In this document: in pieces, positions 1-24,746 of the stretch
Layout: every line of letters begins with the position of its first letter
How positions within the stretch are numbered: position 1 is the first letter of the stretch
The notes under the pieces: model-generated
What the model saw: only the letters and a program-made list of their open reading frames with translations
What the model was told of the DNA's origin: nothing
Database searches by the model: none
Program-made: the position numbers and the translations under genes
NCBI RefSeq assembly: GCF_009914755.1
Contig: NC_060943.1
Strand: one strand, 5' to 3'
DNA from: the human T2T-CHM13v2.0 reference genome, Homo sapiens
DNA: 64,000 nucleotides

Positions 1-289
1 GAGATGCTGACTCTAAAAAATAAAAATGAGGGCTGGGCATGGTGGCTCACGCCTGTAATCTCAGCACTTTGGAGGCTGAGGCTGGAGGATCACTTGAAGT
101 CAGGAGTTAAAGACCGGCCTGGCCAACGTGGTGAAACCCCATCTTTTTTACGTTGTTGTTTCTTTTTTGAAATGTTGTCTCTCACTGTTGCCCAGGTTGA
201 AGTGCAGGGGGGTGATCTTGGCTCACTGCAACCTCCGTCTCCCGGGTTCAAGCAATTCTCTGCTTCAGCCTCCCGAGTAACTGGGATTA

Positions 290-724
<435 letters not shown>

Positions 725-1066
725 TCACTTGAGGTCAGGAGTTCAAGATCAGGCTGGTCAACATGGAGAAACTCCATTTCTACTAAAAATACAAAAATTA
801 GCTGGGTGTAGTGGTTCAAGCCTGTAACCCCAGCTACTCAGGAGGCTGAGGCAAGAGAACTGCTTGAGCCAGGGCGGCAGAGGTCACAGTGAGCCGAGAT
901 CACAGCGTTGCACTCCAGCCTGGGCGACAGAGCAAGACTCTGACTTCAAAAAAATAAAATAATAAAAAATAAGTCCGGGCGCCGTGGCTCACGCCTGTAA
1001 TCCTAGAACTTTGGGAGCCCGAGGCGGGCGGATCACGAGGTCAGGAGATAGAGACCATCCTGGCTA

Positions 1067-1339
<273 letters not shown>

Positions 1340-1641
1340 CTAGTCCCTCTTCCCCTTCATGGTCTGCCCCAGCCATGCTGGCCTGGCCAGGAGTGCTGCT
1401 GCCTCAGGGCCTTTGCAGGTACTATGGCTCCTGCCTGCAGGGCCCTTCCCCATATGGCCCCCTGGCTTCCTTCTCCAGCATCCTCTGGCTCTACAGGAGG
1501 GCCACAACATCCAAGAGCTTCTGCTAACCACCCCAGCTAAATCCCAACCACATACATACACCTCTACCCCATTACCTCTATCCCATCACCCTGTTTATTT
1601 CCACTGCAATACTTACCACTCTCAGATTCTCTTTTTTTTGA

Positions 1642-2488
<847 letters not shown>

Positions 2489-2530
2489 TAGTAGAGATGG
2501 GGTTTCACTGTGTTAGCTAGGATGGTCTCA

Positions 2531-2680
<150 letters not shown>

Positions 2681-3139
2681 TCACTGCAACCTCCGCCTTC
2701 TGGTTTCAAGTGATTCTCCTGCCTCAGCCTCCCAAGTCTCTGGGATTACAGGCCCCTGCCACCATAACCAGCTAATTTTTTTTGTATTTTTAGTAGAGAT
2801 GGGGTTTCACCATGTTCATCAGGCTGGTCTCGAACTGCTGACCTCGTGATCCACCCATCTCAGCCTCCCAAAGTGCTGGGATTGCAGGCATGAGCCACTG
2901 CTCCTGGCCAATGGTTACTCTTATGTGTCACCTTGACTGGGCTACCATATATATAGCTGGCACAACATCATTTCTGAGTATTTCTGTAAGAATGTTTCCG
3001 AAGAGATTAACATTTGAATCAGTGGAGTGGCTATACCCAGTTAATTTTCAATTTTTTTGTAGAGATGAGGTCATGCTATGTTGCCCAGGCTGGTCTCCAA
3101 CTCTTGGCCTCAAGCAATCCTCCCACCTCAGTCTTCTAA

Positions 3140-3540
<401 letters not shown>

Positions 3541-4591
3541 TGACCTGCCGTCTCCATGCTCAGTCCCCTCTTGACGGACATGTAGGGTGTTTCTGGCTTT
3601 GGCTGCAACAATAATGGCACATGAGACGTTTCACACTGATGGATAGGACCCTGCAGGGAGGATTCCTGGAAGAGGAGGTCCCATGAGAAGGTCCATGCTG
3701 CTGTGTTCAGAAAGCAATCCTGGGTCTCCCCCTGAGAAAACCCCCCACAGAGGGACCGAGATAGATGATGTGGGAGAACAAGGTACTGGGTGACTTTTTT
3801 TTTTTTTTTTTTTGAGTAGGAGTCTCACTCTGTCATCCAGGCTGGAGTGCAGTGATGTAATCTTAGTTTACTGCAAACTCCGCCTCCCGAGTCCAAGCAA
3901 TTCTCCTGCCTCAGCCTCCCGAGTAGCTGGGATTACAGGTGCCCGCCACCACGCCCAGCTAATTTTTGTATTTTTAATAGAGACAGGGTTTCACCATGTT
4001 GGCCAGGATGGTCTCGAACTCCGACCTTGTGATCCACCCGCCTCGGCCTCCCAAAGTGCTAGGATTACAGGCGTGAGCCACCGCGCCCAGCCATAATTTT
4101 TGTATTTTTAGTAGAGACAGGGTTTCACCATGTTGGGCAGGCTGGTCTAGAACTCCTGACCTCCAGTGATGTGGCTCTCTTGGCCTCCCAAAGTGCTGAG
4201 ATGACAGGCGTGAGCCACAGCACCTGGCCTAAAACTAGATTTCTCTTTTTTTTTTTTTTTTTGAGACAGAGTCTCGCTCTGTCGCCCAGGCTGGAGTGCA
4301 GTGGCACGAGCTCGGCTCACAGCAAGCTCTGCCTCCCAGGCTAAAACTAGATTTCTAAATAAGCTTTGTGATTAAATACTAATATTTATACTTTTCAGCA
4401 TATACTTACAAGAATGGGACTGGGCGCGGTGGCTCATACCTGTACTTCCAGCACTTTGAGAGGCCGAGGCGGGCAGATCACGAGGTCAAGAGTTCGAGAC
4501 CATCCTGGTCAAGATCGTAAAACCCCATCTCTACTAAAAATACAAAAACTAGCTGGGCGTGGTGGTGCGCACCTGTAGACCCAGCTGCTCA

Positions 4592-5870
<1,279 letters not shown>

Positions 5871-5968
5871 AAATCAATGTTCATAAAACCACGGAGTTAG
5901 ACGAGCTGTTTGGTTAGCGCCAGCTTCGCAGGCAGAGGCCTCAGGGGTCCGCTGGGGACCCACACTCA

Positions 5969-6673
<705 letters not shown>

Positions 6674-6828
6674 TCATTCTGAGCTTGGCCTCAAAGATTC
6701 TGTAGCCAGGCTTCTTTTGGGGAAAGGACCGGGAGGCCTCCTTCCAGGGTCAGGGGCGTTAAGCGCTGCGGAGGGATACCCCTCCCAGAGGGGAGAGAGT
6801 GGAACCCGCTCAGGAAGTGGGTTCCTGA

Positions 6829-7560
<732 letters not shown>

Positions 7561-8232
7561 TGATCTCAAACTCCTGACCTCAGGTTATCCGCCCACCTCG
7601 GCCTCCCAAAGTGCTGGGATTACAGGTGTGAGCCACCGCGCCTGGCTGTAATTGCCTCTTAAAGAGAAACAAGTCAGATTGGATTTGGGCGCACCCTCAG
7701 GACGTCATTTGAACCTAATAATCTCTTTAAAAAGTCCTGTCTCGGCGGGGGCCAAGCACAGTGGCTCAAGCTTGTAATCCAAATACTTTGAGAGGCCAAG
7801 GCAGGAGGATCACTGGTGCCCAGGAGTTTGAGACTAGCGTGGGCAACACAGCAAGACCCCATCTCTACAAAAAAAAAAAAAAATATTTGGTTAGCCAGGT
7901 GTCGGGGCACATGCCTGTGGTCTGAGCTACTCCGGAGCCCAATGTGGGAGGATCCCCTGAGCCCAGGAGTTTGAGGCTGTGGTGAGCCGTGATCAGCTCC
8001 CACTGCACTCCAGCCTGGGCCACAGAGAGAGACTTCCTATCTCCACGCCAAGTGCCTTAGGTCACGCCTATAATCCCAGCAGTTTGGCAGGCAGAGTGGG
8101 AGGATCACTTGAGCCTTACAAGTTCAAGACCAACCCGGGGCTGGGCGCGGTGGCACACGCCTGTAATCCCAGCACTTTGGGAGGCCGAGGTGGGCGAATC
8201 ACGAGGTTAGGAGATCAAAACCATCCTGGCTA

Positions 8233-8514
<282 letters not shown>

Positions 8515-8809
8515 TCATGCCACTGCACTCCTAGGCGACAGAGCGAGACTCCATCTCAAAAAAAAAAAAAAAAAAAAAAAGACCAGCCTGGGCAACTAAG
8601 AGAGACCTCTGTCTCTGCAAAAAAAAAAAAAAAATTTTTTTTTTGAGACGGAGTCTGGCACTGTCACCCAGGCTGGAATGCATTGGCGTGATCTCAGGGT
8701 TCACGCCATTCTCCTGCCTCAGCCCCCCGAATAGCTGGATTACAGGCGCCCACCACCACACCCGGCTAATTTTTTGTATATTTAGTAGAGACGGGGTTTC
8801 ACCGTGTTA

Positions 8810-9550
<741 letters not shown>

Positions 9551-9954
9551 CTAGCACTTTAGGTGGCTGAGGCGGGAGGATCACCTGAGATCAGGAGTTC
9601 CAGACCAGCCTGGCCATCACAGCGAACTCCCATCTCTACTAAAAATCCAAAAATTAGCCAGGTGTGGTGGCAGGCACCTGTAATTGCAACTACTCAGGAG
9701 GCTGAGGCACAAGAATCGCTTGAACCCGGGAGGCGAAGGTTGCAGTGAACCGAGATGTCACTGCACTCCAGCCTGGGGGACAGAGTGAGACTCCATCTCA
9801 AAAACAAAACAAAAAACACCAAAACGTCCTGTCCTGGTGGAGGTGAAATAAATGAGACATCCTTGGCCGGGCGCTGTGGCTCACGCCTGTAATTCCAACA
9901 ATTTGGGAGGCCAGGCGGGTGGATCATGAGGTGAGACCGAGACCATCCTGGCTA

Positions 9955-10537
<583 letters not shown>

Positions 10538-10672
10538 TCAGCCATGTGGAAACAGACAGAGGGTCTTGCGGGGAACTCTTCTCCTTTTTTGGACGCATTC
10601 CTGTTTTGTTTTGTTTTGTTTTGTTTTTTTAACTTTCTTAATTTTTTTCAGTTTTCGTCACACTTTGTCTAA

Positions 10673-10854
<182 letters not shown>

Positions 10855-11042
10855 TAGTAGAGACAGGGTTTTTCCATGTTGGCCAGGCTGGTCTCAAACT
10901 GATCTCATGATCCGCCTGCCTCGGCCTCCCAAAGTGCTGGGATTACAGACATGAGCCACCACGCCCTGCCTAAAATATTTGTTTTCATAATTAAAAACAT
11001 TGTTTCTTAGCCAGGCCCTGTGGCTCATGCCTATAATCTTAG

Positions 11043-11591
<549 letters not shown>

Positions 11592-11599
11592 TGATCCAC

Positions 11600-12904
<1,305 letters not shown>

Positions 12905-13135
12905 TGATCCGCCCACCTTGGCCTCCCAAAGTGCTGGGATTACAGGCGTGAGCCACCGTGCCCCGCCCAGGCCTATTTTTTTAAAGACAGGATCTCCCTC
13001 TGTTGCCCAGGCTGGAGTGCAGTAATGCTGATCAAAGCCCACTGCAGTCTTGACCTCTTGGGTTCAAGTGATCCTGCCACCTCAGCCTCCCAAGTAGCTG
13101 GGACCACAGGCACACACCACACCTGGGTAATTTAA

Positions 13136-13315
<180 letters not shown>

Positions 13316-15418
13316 TGACTTAGGCTTCTGGCTGATTCTCTGCGGCCACTAAGCTCACAATTGGGGAACCGACTCCATGATTTTGCAACATTTCGATGCC
13401 GGACCCTGACGCATTACTGTGAGTCGGGAGGGTCACGTTCCGTTTGTTTTTTGAGACGGTCTGGCTGTCACCCAGGCTGGAGTGAAGTGGCATTGGTGTG
13501 ATCTCAGCTCACTGCAACCTCTGCCTCCTGGGCTCAAGCCATCCTTCTGCCGCAGCCTCCCGGCATGTAGCTGAGACTACAGGCGCCACCATTCCCAGCT
13601 ATGTTGTTTTTTTTTTTTTAAAGAAAGAGACAAGGTCTCGCTGTGTTGCCCAGGGCAATTTCAAAATTCCTAGACTCAAGCAATCCCTCCGCCTCGGCCT
13701 CCCAAAGTCCTGGGATTACACTGGGATTACAGGTGTGAGCCAGCACACCGGCTGTGGGCCACATTACTTTTGAAAAGTTCTGGATAAAGGCCGGGCGCGG
13801 TGGCTCATGCCTGTAATCCCAGCACTTTGGGAGGCCGAGGCGGGTGGATCACGAGGTCAACAGATCGAGACCATCCTGGCGAACATGGTGAAACCCCCCT
13901 CTCTACTAAAAATACAAAAAAATTTGCGGGGCGTGGTGGTGGGCGCCTGTAGTCCCAGCTACTGGGGAGGCTGAGGCAGGAGAATGGCGTGAATCCGGGA
14001 GGTGGAGCTTGCAGGGAGGTGGAGCTTGCAGTGAGCTGAGATCGCGCCACTGCACTCCAGCCTGGGCGACAGAGTGAGACTCCTTCTCAAAAAAAAAAAA
14101 AAAAAAAAAAGAAAGAAAAAGAAAAGTTCTGGATAAAGAACAATGTCAATTAAAAAAGGGGTCCCATCAGTAGAGGCTGAAATCATGACTGAAACTAGCT
14201 TAAAGCCCAAAGCAAAACAAAAACCCGAAAGAAGGCCAGGCATGGTGGCTCGCACTATCCCAGCATTTTGGGAGGCTGAGGCAGGTAGATCACCAGAGGT
14301 CAGGAGTTTGAGACCAGCCTGGCCAACATGGTGTACTAAAAAATACAAAAATTAGCCAGCTGGAGCGCAGTGGTGCAATCATAGCTCACTTCAGCCTTGA
14401 CCTTCTGGACTCCAGTGATCCTCCCACCTCGGCCTCCTGAGTAGCTGTCCCAGCTGTCCCACTTACTCAGTGCCCCTCCGGACCCAGCAATTCTTTTTTT
14501 TTTTTTTTTTGCAGAGATGGCAGCGTGTCTCAAACTCCTGGCCTCAGGCAAACCTCATGTGTCAGCCTCCCAAAGTGCTGGAATTACAGGCACGAGCCAC
14601 CATGCCTGGCCTAGATTCATTTTTTTAGATGCAGAGAATCTGGGCTTTGGATTTAATGACTTACCAAATAAAGGCTGTCTTTTTTTTTTTTAAAACAAAT
14701 CAGCAAAACAGGGGCTCTTGGCTAGTTTGCATGAGGCATCCAGGGATGGAGAGATGTGTATTTAAGCTAAAAAAAGAAAAAGTGAAACTCACAGCAGTCT
14801 GAGTTTTTATTCAGAAAAGGAAAAAAGAAAGCAACTGAGAGCGAAATAGTTTCCTGGAATGCTGTTTTTTTTTTTTTTTTTTTTTTTTTTTTTGAGATGG
14901 AGTCTCACTCTGTCGCCCAGGCAACAGAGTGCAATGGTGCGATCTCAGCTCATCGCAACCTTCGTCTCCCGGGTTCAAGTGATTCTCCTGCCTCAGCCTT
15001 CCCAGCAGCTGGGATTAAAGGCCCCTGCCACCATGCCTGGCTAATTTTTGTATTTTTAGTGGAGATGGGGTTTCGCCATGTTGGCCAGGCTGGTCTCGAA
15101 CCCCTGACCTCAGGTGATCCACCCACCTTGGCCTCTCAAAGTGCTGGGAGTACAGGCATGAGCCACCGCATCCGACCTTGAAATGCACTTTCTTTGAAAC
15201 ACGTCCTCCCCTTTCTCACCATAAACTCCCTCACACTCTGCAGGTTTACCTAACTGTATGCATCTAATTATGTGATTACCTAAAAGTTCCAGGAACAGGC
15301 TGGGCACGGTGGCTCACGCCTGTAATCTCAGCACTTTGGGAGGCCGAGGCGGGCAGATCACCTGAAGTCAGGAGTTTGAGACCAGCCTGACCAACATGGA
15401 GAAACCCCATCTCTATTA

Positions 15419-15666
<248 letters not shown>

Positions 15667-16429
15667 TCAAGGTGGTCTGCAACCCGGCCCTTATTAGGAT
15701 GAGGCCAGCCTGCGCTTTTAAGCCACCAAAATTCATGAACACACAGAGCTTATAATCAGCACCTCCCCTGCACACCCACCATTCCCAGTTCCCCTTTTTT
15801 AGCCCCTCACCCCAGCCTCAAGTTTGAAGGGGTTTCTGGAGGCCTAAACCAGCTGCCTCCCTGCTGCGAACTCTGAAAGGAAGTCACCTTCCTTTCACTG
15901 CACTTTTTCCTCCTTACTGGTTTGGCAAGACTCTGGCATCGGAGCCTGAGCTGGTTACAGCCAGGCACTGTCAAGCTGTTGGGGGAGGGGATGACAAATT
16001 CCCTCCCGTTGAGAACCACTTGGTTAAACCTGTCCAACTGGAAGGAGTAACAAATTGCTCATAAAATATGCATGTTTTGGTGAAACCCCTTCTCTACTAA
16101 AAGTACAAAAACTAGCCAGAAATCGCTTGAACCCAGGAGGTGGAGGTTGCAGTGAGCCTAGCACTGCACTCCAGCCTGGGTGACAGACTGAGGCTACGTC
16201 TCAAAAAAAAAAAAAAAAAAAAAATGTGCTTGTTTGGCCCAGGAGAGGCAAGAGGTCTTCTTCACCTACGTTACTGGTGAGAAAACTCAAACCTGAGGGC
16301 GGCCCACGCCGGAGTGCAGTAACAGGCAGAACTGGAACCTGGCCCCATCCCGGACTCAGGGGACGGGTGTCATATACCCCCTCTGCCTCATCCTTCCCAC
16401 TCTGCTAACCTTCCAAAGATCCCCCGGGT

Positions 16430-17170
16430 TCCGAGTTTTCCCTGGCCGCTTGATGGGATTCGAACCTGCAAACTCAGCGCTCGCCCAGCGCAGCGGCCCC
16501 GCCTCTCCTCCCCTCCCGCCGCCCGGAGGTCATGTGAGCGCAGTGCCGGAGCGGGGCGGGGCGAGGCGGCGGCGCGCAGTGCCTACTAGCAATTGTAGTC
16601 CTTGCCCCACCTTGGCCTGGCGAAGATCCCGCCCCTGGAACTACGCTCCCGTCGTGCTCCGCGGCTCCAGGCGAAGACGAGGCGGGGTGAGGTGGGTTGG
16701 GCCGGGCCGGTTGCTAAGACTTGGCGAAGCGCTGCGCTCGCGCCCGGATCCCTCAGGTAAGCGCGCGGCCCCGAGGTCTCGGGTTCTCCAGGCTCAGACT
16801 TCCCCAGAGGGGGAGTAGGGGCTGACATGGGGGGTCTCGGCGGTGAGGGGCGCCGGCCGTTTGTGGGGAGAAAACGCGGGGCCCAGGCCAGCCTCGCGCG
16901 CGTCTCGGGCGGGCCGGTGGGCGACGCGGGGAGGCGGCGCGAATGCGCGTGCGCGCGCGCGCGCGGCGCTGGCCTGGGGGAAGCCTCAGGACCGCGCTCC
17001 CCCGGGCCTAGCGCCTTTCTGCGCGTGTGCGCCCTTATGGTCCGTGCGGGAGACCCCGTATCCTCCAGCTGCTTCCGGTGGCCCTTCCTCAGGTCATGTC
17101 CCGCAGTCCCCTGCCTCTGAACCGCGCTCTCGCGAGTTTCCGTAGCCTTCGCGTCCTTCCTCCCCAGCTC
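16430..17170 (+). promoter_or_regulatory. CpG-island promoter shared by SCAMP4 and ADAT3
   Basis: Dense CpG/GC stretch with no obvious TATA box. GC boxes (GGGGCGGGG near 16553), two ZNF143/THAP11-like motifs (16579-16600 minus, 16639-16664 plus), GTCATGTGA at 16529, NRF1-like TGCGCGTGCGC at 16944. Surrounds exon 1. Confidence 0.9.
16716..16756 (+). other. SCAMP4: Non-coding exon 1 shared by SCAMP4 and ADAT3 (5' end approximate)
   Basis: Strong donor CAG|GTAAGC at 16756/16757 inside the CpG island; no ATG in the exon. Sharing with ADAT3 is recalled locus knowledge. Confidence 0.85.
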
Positions 17171-17394
17171 TGATTCGCCTTTATGTGGAGATTCCCCTAG
17201 GCCTTGGTACATCCCCAGAATTGACCATCGTTCCTCATCGTTACCTAGAGTATGAGTTTTTCAGGTTTTTGTATCACAGGCCCCCAGTTATCTCCCACAC
17301 ACTACCCCGAGGACCGAGGTTCCCCGCTGTCTTGCAGAGAAGGCCTCCTTGTAGGGTGGCCAGAAACAGAGGATCGACTCCGTGGAAACAAGGA

Positions 17395-18601
<1,207 letters not shown>

Positions 18602-20224
18602 CTACTTCCCCAGCCTTCCAGGCTGGGCTGTGGGTCACTGCCTCCGAGGAGCCCTCCTGGATTCTGCTGAAGATGGTCAGGCCCCTCCATCCCCCCATTT
18701 TCTCTTATGTACCTGACAGCCCTGCCTTAAAAAAAAAAAAAAAAAGGTAGAGCAGGAATTCCCATTTCACAGGGGTGGAAGCCGAGGCTTGGAGGAGTCA
18801 GGACTGGTGCCTGAGTTCTTGCAGTCAGGAATTGACCGCGCTGGGCTGAACGCCTCTAGGGCAGGTTGGGGACTGGGTGTGTTTTCTGGGTGGACATACC
18901 CAGGTCCCGGCGCGGACCTTGGCCTCCTCATCTGTGGGCTTAGATAAAGGCCTCCCAGCCTCCTGTTCACCAGGGTTGTCACCACGCAGGGTCTGACTCA
19001 CCTGCCTGGAGCTATGCCGGTTCCCAGCCCAGGCTGGCGGCCGTGTTCTGCTGGGACCTGGGACCTGGGCTGCCTGCCCTCCTGAGGGGTCCCAGTGGTC
19101 GGTCGCCTGCCTTCTGGGTGGGTGTGGTAGAGGGAGGGTCAGGTGGCCCCCTGCTGTTGGGGGGCAGTCGCTGTGGGAGTGAGTCGTCCCCCCGGGCCAT
19201 AGCAGGTAGGTAGGAGGTGCTCTGGCAGTTGAGGCCGCCCTGGCCTGGGACAGTCAATCAGCCTGAACACTGTGCCTGTTCCGGGATTTTGACCTGCCCT
19301 CCAAGGGCGCGGCGGGCCCAGCCTGCAGTGTCCCGGCAGCTGCCTCCTCTCTGGGTCGTTTGTTTTTCATCAGACAGAGGTTGTACTCTTGGAGGGACAA
19401 GCGAGGCTGTGTTTGTCTTTTACCCTGGAGACAGTGGAGTGTTTGTGGCCTAGCAGGGCCGTGCGGGCCTCTCGGTCCTGGTCGCGCGTGGTGTGCGTTT
19501 TGGGAGGGCCCAGCGAGTCGGCTGCTATGGGCCCCACCTGGCACGGGGCCTCGGGCAGCGGCAGCACCTGGCGCTGCCTCCGCGCTTCCTGCTCCCGGCT
19601 CCCACTGCATCTCCGGTTCTGTGCTTTGTTGAACGCGTGAGCTTCGGGCAGCGCTGGGGCCGCTTCAGCGTGACCTCCAAGGCCACTGGCCTGGAGTTCC
19701 ACTGGCTGCTGGTCCCCCATCTGTGGGGCGCCCCGGCGGCTGAGGCGTGGACCAGGCAGTGCACGTCGAGGAGTAGCACCCACAGCTGCGCGGCTGCGAA
19801 ATGATCCAGAGACACATCCCTGTCTGCGGGAGGAGCCGTCCATACCAGCGGGGATGTGTAGTCCAGGCTGGCAGTTCAGGATCACCCGGCTGGAGTCATT
19901 TTAAGATCATCTGCGGCTTAGCCCCAGCACCATCTGAGGCAGTACTGTCTGCTAGAAATAACTGTGAGCACACAGGTAGTAAGGTTTTTAGGATTTTATT
20001 ATTATTTATTTATTTGAAAAAAGGAACAGGGTCTCTCTATCTTGCCCACGTTGGTCTCAAACTCCTGTGCTTAAGTGATCCTCTCGCCTTGGTCTCCTGA
20101 GTAGCTGGGACTACATGTGCACACCACCGTGCCCAACTAATTTATACTTTTAAGCAATGTGGGCTGGGCACGGTGGCTCACACCTGTAATCCCAGCACTT
20201 TGGGAGGCTGAGGCAGGTGGATCA

Positions 20225-20575
<351 letters not shown>

Positions 20576-20767
20576 TCAGGTGGGGTGGATGCCAGAGATG
20601 TGGGAGCCAGAGGCGCTGTCCCCCAGGGCCCTGTGAGCAGTCCCTGCAGGCTGGCTGTCCCCACGCCTGCCTCTCTGCTGTGCTGTCTGCCCGCCTAGGG
20701 CAGGCTCCCTTCTAATGGGCGGATCCTGAGAGCTGGGGGCCCCACCAGCCCTTCCTCTCCAGTGGAG

Positions 20768-20945
20768 TGGCCCTACTGCCTCATGTCCACCTGTGCCAGC
20801 AGCAGGGATGGTAATGGCCCTACTATCTCCTGTCCTCACCTGTGCCAGCAGCAGGGATGGTAACGGCTTTACTGCCTCCCGTCCTCACCTGTGCCAGTGG
20901 CTGGGATGTCTTCACCTGTGCCAGCGGCAGGGATGGTAACAGTGC
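20768..20945. repeat. Degenerate minisatellite, unit about 49 bp (core CACCTGTGCCAGCAGCAGGGATGGTAA), about 3.5 copies
   Basis: Core seen at about 20788, 20837, 20886 (shortened) and 20913. Confidence 0.85.
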
Positions 20946-21842
20946 TGGTGATGTCAGGCCGGGAGGTTCTCACCCGAGAGCCGCCTTGGCACACTGCCCG
21001 GCAGTCAGGGATGTTAGCAGGAGCCCCAGGGGTGATCCCAGCTCTTCCCGCAGCCCCACTCCAGCCAGGGCCTCCTCTGTGACTGAGTAAGCAGGGACAC
21101 CCCAGTGGCTGCCTGCTCCACCCGACAGCCAGGGCCCACCACAGCTGCAGGAATGTGGTCAAGGGATGGGAAGTCGGGCCCACCAGGGGAGGGGCTGCGC
21201 TCCGGGGCTTACGTTTCGTGGCTTGTCTTCTGAGGTCTCTCTTTTCCTAGCCCTTGGCCGACTAGGGGGCGAGTGTTTACAGAAACCACTGGAGGTGGGT
21301 GTTCCGTGTCAGTGCCAGGCTGTGTGCTGTTCTGGGAGGGGGCCCCGTGTCCCCCACACTTGGCATGCTTGCTTTCTGTCACTGCATAGCAGACTCCGTG
21401 CATCTGTGGGCTTAATACACCACCCGCCAGCTCCCGGTTCTGTGGGTCGGGGCCTGAATGTGACATGGCTGGCTCCTCTCTGCGGGGTCTCACCGGGCTG
21501 GAACCCAGGTGTCAGCCAGGGCTGTGTTGTCATCTGGAGGCTCAACGGGGGTGGCATCTGCTTGCAACTCACGCAGGCGTTGGCGGAATTCAGCAGCTTG
21601 CGGCCGGGGGACCAAGGGTCCTGCTCAGTTCCTGGCCACATGGCCCTTCTGTCTGGAAGCCAGGCGCCGCCTGCCCCCGCTTCTGCTTCCAGGCTCTGGC
21701 TTCTGGAGATGCAGAGATCACATCAGTGGTTGCCTGGGTTGCTGTGTGTGTTGTAGGGTGGTGAGACAAGTTTTCTCTTAGGGGTGATGGAATGTTCTGG
21801 AATTTTATAGTGGTGATGGTTGCACAACTCCAAGTGTCCTAA

Positions 21843-23125
<1,283 letters not shown>

Positions 23126-23267
23126 AATGATCTGTCTTCTGGTAGGTGAATTATATCTTCGTTTTTAAAAACCAATGGCTGTTTAAACTCTGTGCACACC
23201 AGGGGTTAGCAGGACATGAGGGAGTGTAGCTCTGATGCGGTGACCTGGGCCGGAGCCCTCGGACTAG

Positions 23268-24464
<1,197 letters not shown>

Positions 24465-24740
24465 GCGCCGCCCTCCTGCCTCCGGACCCTTCCCGCTCCC
24501 GGCCGTGGGGCGCCCCTCCTGGACTTCCGGGCCTCGATTTCTTCCGCACAAGCCTGACCGTGGATTTCAGGGACACATACCGCCTCCAGCGGGGAGCACG
24601 GGTGCTGCCTTCCGTGCGGATCGAGCTTTCCTGGACTCGGTCATTGGGGCCACCCCGTGCCAGCGGTGCCCTTCTGCGGCCGCCCTTGCTGCGTTTGTGT
24701 CCCCTCTGTCTCGCGGGCCGGGAAACTGCTCTGATGGGAA

Positions 24741-24746
24741 AATAAA
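24741..24746 (+). terminator. ADAT3: ADAT3 polyadenylation signal AATAAA
   Basis: Canonical hexamer about 280 nt after the stop codon, followed by a GU-rich element (gtgggtgtctgtt...gtgtgtgcctttgtgg). Confidence 0.88.

Noticed and set aside
16444-16498. A genuine tRNA gene
   Set aside because: Only the B-box/T-loop is present. There is no anticodon arm, proper T-stem, A-box or terminator. Kept only as a speculative regulatory finding.
20768-20945. CRISPR-like repeat-spacer array
   Set aside because: Eukaryotic context; the spacers are similar to each other, so it is an ordinary minisatellite, and there are no cas genes.
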